A stretch of DNA of 64,000 nt from Candidatus Fraserbacteria bacterium (lineage in GTDB: Bacteria > Bipolaricaulota > Bipolaricaulia > RBG-16-55-9): the NCBI GenBank assembly GCA_037443265.1, contig JBBIOR010000003.1, positions 1 to 64,000 of the forward strand, given 5' to 3'. This document shows, in pieces, positions 55,824-64,000 of the stretch (the stretch's first letter is position 1; each line of letters opens with the position of its first letter). A program made the translations under genes and the position numbers. The notes under the pieces are model-generated. The model did no database searches, was not told where the DNA came from, and saw nothing but the letters and a program-made list of their open reading frames with translations.

Positions 55824-57080
55824 ATGCAAGCGCAAGTGAACGCTATTAGAAGGCTTTCAGATTACGAAGGGATCGTTGACCCCGAGATCTTGGATGAGGC
55901 AGCCCGGCTGGGGAAACGCCTCCAGGGTCTGACCGTCACCCACATCAACTCCACCCGCCAAGGAGGCGGAGTGGCTGAGCTTCTCAGTAGCCTCATCCCG
56001 CTCTTCAACGACCTGGGACTGAAGACCAGCTGGCAGGTCATCGAAGGCCCCTCGGAGTTTTTCAAGGTGACCAAGATGTTTCATAATGCGCTTCAAGGCT
56101 TGCCGGCGCATGTCACTTCCGAGATGTTTGAGCTGTATCGGCGCGTCACCCAAGAGAACGCCCGGCGGCTGGACCTGTCGGCGGATGTGGTCTTCGTGCA
56201 TGACTATCAGCCATTAGCCCTGGTGGAGCAGCGGGCCAAAGATTCAATCTGGATCTGGCGCTGCCATGTGGATCTATCGCGCTCCATCCCCAAGGTCTGG
56301 CTGTCGCGCCCGGAGAAGAGCGTCTGGGAGATGCTCTCTCCCTATGTGGAGCAGTACGAGGGGGCCATCTTCTCCATGGCGGAGTTTGCGCAGAACCTTC
56401 CCATTCCGCAGCACATCATCCCGCCGGCGATCGACCCTCTAAGCGAGAAGAACTGCGCATTATCTTCTGAAGAGATCGAGCGCGTCTTATGTCAGCTGGG
56501 CATCCCGCGCGATCGGAAGGTCTTCTTGCAGGTATCCCGCTTCGATCGCTTCAAAGATCCCGTGGGGGTCATTCAAGCGTATCAGATCTTCAAGCGCCGG
56601 ACGCGGCTTCTGCAGAAGACGTGTCTGGTGCTGGCCGGGGGCGGGGCGGATGATGATCCCGAGGGGGCGGAAGTGCTCGCCGAAGTGAGAGCTCGGGCCG
56701 CCCGTGACCCCGATATCTTCATCCTCGAGCGCCCACCTACGTCTCATCACGAGATCAACGCCTTGCAACGGGGAGCGGATATCGTCCTTCAAAAATCGAT
56801 TCGAGAGGGCTTTGGGCTCGTCGTCGCAGAAGCTCTCTGGAAGAAGAAGCCTGTGGTGGCCTCGGCGGCGGGGGGCATCAAGCTCCAGATCCTCGATGGA
56901 CTGACCGGCTTGCTGGCCAACTCCGTCGAGGAGCTGGCCGATCGCTTGGAATATCTGCTGGAACACCCGAAAGTGGGCGAGCGCCTGGGCCAGACGGGAT
57001 ACAAGCATGTGAAGCAGAATTTTCTCATTCCGCGCCAGCTCAGGGATTATCTTCGGGTGCTCGCGGATCGCCTAACCTGA
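55824..57080 (+). CDS. treT: Trehalose glycosyltransferring synthase (GT4)
   Basis: HINSTRQGGGVAE, FHNALQG, WRCHVD, QVSRFDRFKD, EGFGLVVAEALWK. Confidence 0.88.
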   Translation: MQAQVNAIRRLSDYEGIVDPEILDEAARLGKRLQGLTVTHINSTRQGGGVAELLSSLIPLFNDLGLKTSWQVIEGPSEFFKVTKMFHNALQGLPAHVTSEMFELYRRVTQENARRLDLSADVVFVHDYQPLALVEQRAKDSIWIWRCHVDLSRSIPKVWLSRPEKSVWEMLSPYVEQYEGAIFSMAEFAQNLPIPQHIIPPAIDPLSEKNCALSSEEIERVLCQLGIPRDRKVFLQVSRFDRFKDPVGVIQAYQIFKRRTRLLQKTCLVLAGGGADDDPEGAEVLAEVRARAARDPDIFILERPPTSHHEINALQRGADIVLQKSIREGFGLVVAEALWKKKPVVASAAGGIKLQILDGLTGLLANSVEELADRLEYLLEHPKVGERLGQTGYKHVKQNFLIPRQLRDYLRVLADRLT

Positions 57081-57084
57081 GCTC

Positions 57085-58095
57085 CTACTTTCTTAGGGGA
57101 GCGGTCGATTGTCGCACGACCAGGGTCGTGTCCAGAATGATCCTGCGGGGTCTTTTGTTGGGCCGTTCGATCCTCTCGAAGAGGAGGCGGGCCGCTATAT
57201 CTCCCATCTGATAGGGTTGCTGGGCCACCACCGTCAGCTGAGGAGCAAAGGCCACCGCCCAATCGGGATCGTCGAAGCCCACTACCGAGATCTCTTCCGG
57301 GCACCTTCGGTCTTCATCCCTGAGGCGGTGCAGGAGGCCTAAGGTCATCAGGCTGTTGGTGCTGAAGATGGCTGAGACTCCTTGCTTTAGGAGCTTTCCG
57401 GCCGCTTGGTAACCGTCCTCGATCCGTAAGCCTCCCTCGGCCATCAGACCCTCCTCGAGGCTAATCTTGTGGTCTTTCAGGGCCTGCTCGTATCCGGCCA
57501 GACGGTCGGCGATGCTGCTGATCCTCGAGGGCCCCAAGAGGATGCCGATTCTACGATGGCCCAGCTCGATCAGATGTTGGGTCGCTAGATAGGCCCCGCG
57601 GATGTTATCGGAATAGACTTGATCCACCGGCAGATCCACGCGGCGATCGATGATCACCAAGGGGAGGCGCTGCTCCACGAGAGGGCGCAGGTTTCTTCCG
57701 CCCTCCCGCGTGGGGGCCACAATCAGCCCATCCATGCGCCTGGAGAAGAGCAGATCGAGATATTGGGCCTCTTCTTGGGGGTCCTCGTCCGTGCCGCAGA
57801 AGACGACGCTATAGCCCCGCTCGAACGCCTTGTCCTTGACGCCGCGGGCCACTTGAGGAAAGAAGGGATTGATGATATTTGAGATGAGCAGAGCAATAGA
57901 GTGGCTTCGGCCGATCCGCAGGCTGCGGCCCACGAAGTTGGGGCGGTAGCCCAACTGCTCGATGGCCCTGGCTACGCGTTGGCGCAGCTTTTCGCTGACA
58001 AAGCGGGTGCCGTTGATGACATGGGAGACTGTGGTCACTGAGACCTTGGCTTGCTTGGCCACATCCTTGATCGTGGGCGTGTGTGACCTTCGCAT
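57085..58095 (-). CDS. LacI-family transcriptional regulator
   Basis: TIKDVAKQAKVSVTTVSHVIN, NPFF, GFDD. Confidence 0.95.
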   Translation of the reverse strand: MRRSHTPTIKDVAKQAKVSVTTVSHVINGTRFVSEKLRQRVARAIEQLGYRPNFVGRSLRIGRSHSIALLISNIINPFFPQVARGVKDKAFERGYSVVFCGTDEDPQEEAQYLDLLFSRRMDGLIVAPTREGGRNLRPLVEQRLPLVIIDRRVDLPVDQVYSDNIRGAYLATQHLIELGHRRIGILLGPSRISSIADRLAGYEQALKDHKISLEEGLMAEGGLRIEDGYQAAGKLLKQGVSAIFSTNSLMTLGLLHRLRDEDRRCPEEISVVGFDDPDWAVAFAPQLTVVAQQPYQMGDIAARLLFERIERPNKRPRRIILDTTLVVRQSTAPLRK

Positions 58096-58154
58096 GGGCC
58101 CTATATTGTAGGTCGAAACCGCCCTCTCTGTCAAGGGAATCCTCAGAGAACCTC

Positions 58155-58220
58155 TTGACAAAGTCTGGGAACCGTTGTAGCATACGGGTGCTTAAGAAAT
58201 CGTTTGCGCAAACGTTTAAC
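58155..58220 (+). promoter_or_regulatory. pfkA operon promoter with tandem LacI-type operators
   Basis: TTGACA-17-TAGCAT, then GAAATCGTTTGC/GCAAACGTTTAAC (palindrome CGTTTGCGCAAACG at 58201-58214). Confidence 0.7.
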
Positions 58221-58308
58221 GGCCGGAAGATCTGGGGATTCCGATGGAGCCGTATCAAGTCCAGGTGGACCTCGGCGCCCTGATAAGAGCGGCGCTCCAG
58301 GAGAGGCC

Positions 58309-59298
58309 ATGAGACGCATTGGGATCGTGACCAGCGGTGGAGACTCTCCCGGGATGAACGCAGCGATCCGGGCCGTCACACGGCAGGGGATTATGCTTGG
58401 CCTGGAGGTCTGGGGCGTAAGACGTGGGCTCAAGGGGTTGATGGAGTGCGACTTGATTCCCTTAAGCTCACGGGAGGTGGGCGGCATCCTGCAGCGGGGC
58501 GGGACGATCTTGGGCACGGCCCGCGCAGAAGAATTCAAGACTCCCGCGGGCCAGAGGCGTGCCCTAGAGAGCCTTCAACAATATCGCCTGGATGGGCTCG
58601 TGATCATCGGTGGCGATGGATCGCTGCGCGCGGCTAAGGTGCTCGCCGAGCAGGGTGTTCCCACCATCGGCATCCCGGCCAGCATCGACAACGACATCTG
58701 GGGCACGGACATGGCCATCGGCGTGGACACGGCGCTCAACACCGTGACGGAAGCGATCAACAAACTCAGAGACACCGCCACGTCCCACGAGCGCACCTTC
58801 GTCATCGAGACCATGGGGCGCCACTGTGGCTATCTCGCTCTGATGGCCGGGTTGGCCGGAGGGGCCGAGGCGATCCTCATCCCGGAAGTGCCCTTGGATT
58901 TGAAGAGAGTCGTGCAGCAGGTGCTCAAGGGCTATCAAGCGGGCAAACGACACTCCTTCATCGTCGCCTCCGAGGGAATCCGTGATAAGCTTGCGCTTCG
59001 GCCGTTTCAATCTGTGGCCGAGCACATTGGGGCCTATCTCAGGGAGGAGACCGGGCTCGAGGTGCGGGTGACGGTCTTAGGGCACGTCCAGCGGGGCGGA
59101 GCTCCTACGGCGTTTGATCGGGTGCTGGCCACGCGCCTGGGTGCGGCCGCGATTGAGCACCTCAAGCAGGGTGAGAGCGGCACGATGATCGCCCTTCAGC
59201 GCGGCCAGATCGTAAGCGTCCCCTTGGCAGCGTGCCTCGACAAGGCGAAAGAGCTGGAGTTGAGTCTGCTTAAGCTCGCTCATACTCTAGCGGGGTAG
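58309..59298 (+). CDS. pfkA: ATP-dependent 6-phosphofructokinase
   Basis: TSGGDSPGMN, GGTILG, GGDGS, SIDND, MGRHCG, GHVQRGG. Confidence 0.96.
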   Translation: MRRIGIVTSGGDSPGMNAAIRAVTRQGIMLGLEVWGVRRGLKGLMECDLIPLSSREVGGILQRGGTILGTARAEEFKTPAGQRRALESLQQYRLDGLVIIGGDGSLRAAKVLAEQGVPTIGIPASIDNDIWGTDMAIGVDTALNTVTEAINKLRDTATSHERTFVIETMGRHCGYLALMAGLAGGAEAILIPEVPLDLKRVVQQVLKGYQAGKRHSFIVASEGIRDKLALRPFQSVAEHIGAYLREETGLEVRVTVLGHVQRGGAPTAFDRVLATRLGAAAIEHLKQGESGTMIALQRGQIVSVPLAACLDKAKELELSLLKLAHTLAG

Positions 59299-59321
59299 GG
59301 GTAAGAGAGGAGCACAGGGTC

Positions 59322-61365
<2,044 letters not shown>

Positions 61366-62211
61366 ATGAGCGAAGATCGCTGGCTCAATCTGGAGGGCCT
61401 GCGCGTCCATTATCTGGCCGCGGGCGAAAAGGGACCTCCGGTGGTGCTATTACACGGCGGCAGCGTCGACTGTGCCCGTCTTTCGTGGGGGCAGGCCATG
61501 GGGCCGCTGGCGCAGCGCTTTCGGGTGTATGCACCCGATTGGCCCGGCTACGGCCAGAGCGATGAGCCAAAGATTCAATATACAACGCAATATTTTGTGG
61601 GCTTTCTGGGGCGTCTTCTGGATGCCCTCTCTCTTGAGAGGGTCAGTCTAGTCGGGCTGTCCATGGGCGGAGCCATCTCGCTGAGCTTTGCGCTTCAATT
61701 TCCTGGCCGGGTCGAGAAGCTCGTCTTGGTGAACAGCTACGGCTTCCAAGATAAGGCCCCGTGGCACAAGCTCTCCTATATTCTCACGCGCTTATCGTTC
61801 CTGAGTGAGCCGCTCTTGAGGCTGCTGGTCAAAAGTCGCACTCTCGTGCAGTGGAGCCTGCGCTGGGTAGCCTCGAACCCCGAGGCCATCTCGGAGGAGT
61901 TGTTGAATGAGATTTATGAGCAGGCCCGCAAAGAGGGAATCCGGAAGGCTTTTGCCTGCTGGGCGAGGAGCGAGCTCTTTTGGGACGGCGTGCATACGAA
62001 CTTGACGGATCAACTCTCTCTTCTGAACGTGCCCACGCTGATCGTCCACGGCGGGCGGGATCGAATCGTGCCCGTTTGCTATGCCCGAAGGGCTCATGAG
62101 AGAATAAAAGATTCGCGATTGTACGTCTTTTCTGACGGCGGGCATTGGACTCCCCGGGAGAAGCCGGAGGAGTTCAATCAGCTCATCATGCAATTTCTGG
62201 CGGACTGCTGA
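61366..62211 (+). CDS. Alpha/beta hydrolase
   Basis: LLHGG, DWPGYGQS, GLSMGG, GGRD, GHW. Confidence 0.92.
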   Translation: MSEDRWLNLEGLRVHYLAAGEKGPPVVLLHGGSVDCARLSWGQAMGPLAQRFRVYAPDWPGYGQSDEPKIQYTTQYFVGFLGRLLDALSLERVSLVGLSMGGAISLSFALQFPGRVEKLVLVNSYGFQDKAPWHKLSYILTRLSFLSEPLLRLLVKSRTLVQWSLRWVASNPEAISEELLNEIYEQARKEGIRKAFACWARSELFWDGVHTNLTDQLSLLNVPTLIVHGGRDRIVPVCYARRAHERIKDSRLYVFSDGGHWTPREKPEEFNQLIMQFLADC

Positions 62212-62224
62212 GCGGCGCTCAGAC

Positions 62225-63118
62225 TCAGAGCACGAGGGCCGCAGCGCCCAGCAGTCCCACATCATCGCCAAGTCTCGTGAGACGAATAGGCGTCTCCCAG
62301 CGAGAATATTCTCGAAATGCCTGAAGCGTCTTCTCCTGCAATTGATTCCAAGACTGCATGACTCCGCCTCCCAGAAAGATCGCCTCGGGATCGAAAATTT
62401 CAGACAGATTGGCCAGTCCGATCCCCAGATAGAAGGCTGCCTCTTCTACGATCTTTTGGCTTGCGCGCTCTCCCTGAGCAGCGCGCTTGAAGACTTCTTC
62501 GGCTGAAGCATTCTGAAGATGCAAGCGCTCTCTGGCTCTACGGGCGATGGCCGTCCCCGAGCTTAGAGCCTCCCAGCAGCCCCGCTTGCCACACTGGCAC
62601 AAGGGGCCCTCAGACTGCAAGATCATGTGCCCCACTTCCCCGGCATTGCCACTTCGGCCACGATGGATCTTCTTGTCTATAACAATGCCGCCTCCTATGC
62701 CCGTGCTGATGGTCACATAGATGAGATGCTTAAGCTCTGGAGCCTCGAAGCGTGCAATACCCCAAGCGGCCGCGTTGGCATCATTGTCTACAACTACGGG
62801 GAGCGCGAGCACCCTCTTTAGCTCGTTAAGCAACGAAAAGCCCTGCCAGTGGGGCAGATTGGGTGCTCTCCCCACTACGCCCCGGCTTGTGTCCACAGTT
62901 CCGGCCAGTGCGCAGCCCACACCCAAAAGATCTTGCCATTTGACCCCTTGGGCAGTACAGCAGGCCCGCAGCTCTTGATTGAGCTTCACCAGCAGGACTT
63001 GTGGCTCCGGCGGCGTGGGCAACTCCCGACGCTCAAAGAGATTCCCTGGCCTATCGCAGAGTCCCAGGCGGGTGCGCGTGCTGCCGATATCTATTCCCAC
63101 CGCCAGCTCTTTGGGCAT
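62225..63118 (-). CDS. ROK-family sugar kinase (glucokinase-like)
   Basis: GIDIGST, NDANAAA, STGIGGG, GEVGH, CQCGKRGCWE. Confidence 0.92.
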   Translation of the reverse strand: MPKELAVGIDIGSTRTRLGLCDRPGNLFERRELPTPPEPQVLLVKLNQELRACCTAQGVKWQDLLGVGCALAGTVDTSRGVVGRAPNLPHWQGFSLLNELKRVLALPVVVDNDANAAAWGIARFEAPELKHLIYVTISTGIGGGIVIDKKIHRGRSGNAGEVGHMILQSEGPLCQCGKRGCWEALSSGTAIARRARERLHLQNASAEEVFKRAAQGERASQKIVEEAAFYLGIGLANLSEIFDPEAIFLGGGVMQSWNQLQEKTLQAFREYSRWETPIRLTRLGDDVGLLGAAALVL

Positions 63119-63120
63119 CT

Positions 63121-64000
63121 TCAGTGCTTGACCACGCAGAAGTCGAGCCCGCGAATCTCCAGCGGACGGCTGTTGTCGGGCGAGTGCACGATCATCCGGC
63201 CCTTCTCAAAGTATGGCAATGCTTTTTGATAGTGCTTAGGGGCTCCGGCCCGCTCGGCCATCCCCTGCTCCATGCCCAAGAGAACCCTGGTGCTGATCTG
63301 CGAGAGCACCGCTTCATTGACATCTTGAGGGTTCTGGGTGATGAGCACAAGCCCTAATCTATTCTTGCGCCCCTGCTTGGCGGCTGTGACAAACTTTTCG
63401 ACGATGAGGCGATCCTGCTGCGTCTTTTCTTGAGTGAGATAGCTATGGGCCTCGTCCACGGCTAATATGACGGGGTATTTTGCGAGGCGCCGGCCCCAAG
63501 GGGTCTCGATGGCTTTCGTCTTGGCATCGGCGATCATCGACATGACGGTGAGCACCACCACGCGCTCGCCCTCCGCACTCAAGTGATTGGTGGGAAAGAC
63601 GCTCACTCGATCTTCATCGAAGATGCTCTCATAAAGTTGCGTAATGGGGTTAGCGCCCTGGTCGAAGATGTGGGCAAATTGGGGGAGAAGCACCCGGCGG
63701 CGGATGGCTCCTAGCGTGGCCTCGTGAATGAAGCCGCTCTCCAGATAGGGCCGCATGCGCCCGTCGTCTTCGAGGAAGCGCTTGAAGGCCTTATAGCTCT
63801 TCTCTGTAGAGTCTCTAAAGAAATCTCGGATGAGCCGCTCCAGAGCTGCGTATTGGGCCTCGTTGAGTTCTCCTCCGGCGATGAGATACGGGAAGTCCCT
63901 CACAAGCTCAAAGGGAATGGTAAAGTCTGTGTGGGCATCGCAGCCGTGATAAGAACAGCCGGCTTCGACGGCCGAAAAGACCGTGAGCTTCTTGCCTACA
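63121..64000 (-). CDS. HerA/FtsK-like ATPase, 5'-truncated by the window edge
   Basis: VDEAHSY, KQGRK..LGL.LITQ.PQD..E.VLSQ; frame open to the window end. Confidence 0.8.
   Translation of the reverse strand, partial: VGKKLTVFSAVEAGCSYHGCDAHTDFTIPFELVRDFPYLIAGGELNEAQYAALERLIRDFFRDSTEKSYKAFKRFLEDDGRMRPYLESGFIHEATLGAIRRRVLLPQFAHIFDQGANPITQLYESIFDEDRVSVFPTNHLSAEGERVVVLTVMSMIADAKTKAIETPWGRRLAKYPVILAVDEAHSYLTQEKTQQDRLIVEKFVTAAKQGRKNRLGLVLITQNPQDVNEAVLSQISTRVLLGMEQGMAERAGAPKHYQKALPYFEKGRMIVHSPDNSRPLEIRGLDFCVVKH

Overview
A GC-rich bacterial chromosomal segment, mostly housekeeping. The gene content (UBact proteasome operon, archaeal-like RtcB and DRG GTPase, secreted proteins with EF-hand/dockerin modules) suggests Candidatus Bipolaricaulota/Acetothermia; this is inference. 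There are three 100-N scaffold gaps. In order: an AT-richer, degraded bacteriocin-like locus; HDAC, ruvA, ctpA, gpsA, gcvT, DRG GTPase, rtcB, folE and thiL; a c-di-GMP-I riboswitch; clpC, yebC, mgtE, dcd, yajC-secDF and holA; a complete arc-dop-ubact-prcB-prcA-pafA operon; tRNA-Ala(GGC), RNase P RNA and tmRNA; two LacI-regulated sugar ABC clusters with treT/mscS; and pfkA-lacD-gap. The most striking signal is a 576-nt subgroup-IA group I intron in the T-loop of tmRNA (37966-38541). It carries an apparently internally deleted LAGLIDADG homing endonuclease, and the tmRNA encodes an atypical tag, ANEFAYAAPSLN. Other unexplained structure: an orphan ~150-170-nt structured RNA with its own consensus promoter between folE and thiL, a pseudoknot-like element upstream of the proteasome operon, and a lamin-tail/dockerin/internal-lipobox/cohesin polyprotein.
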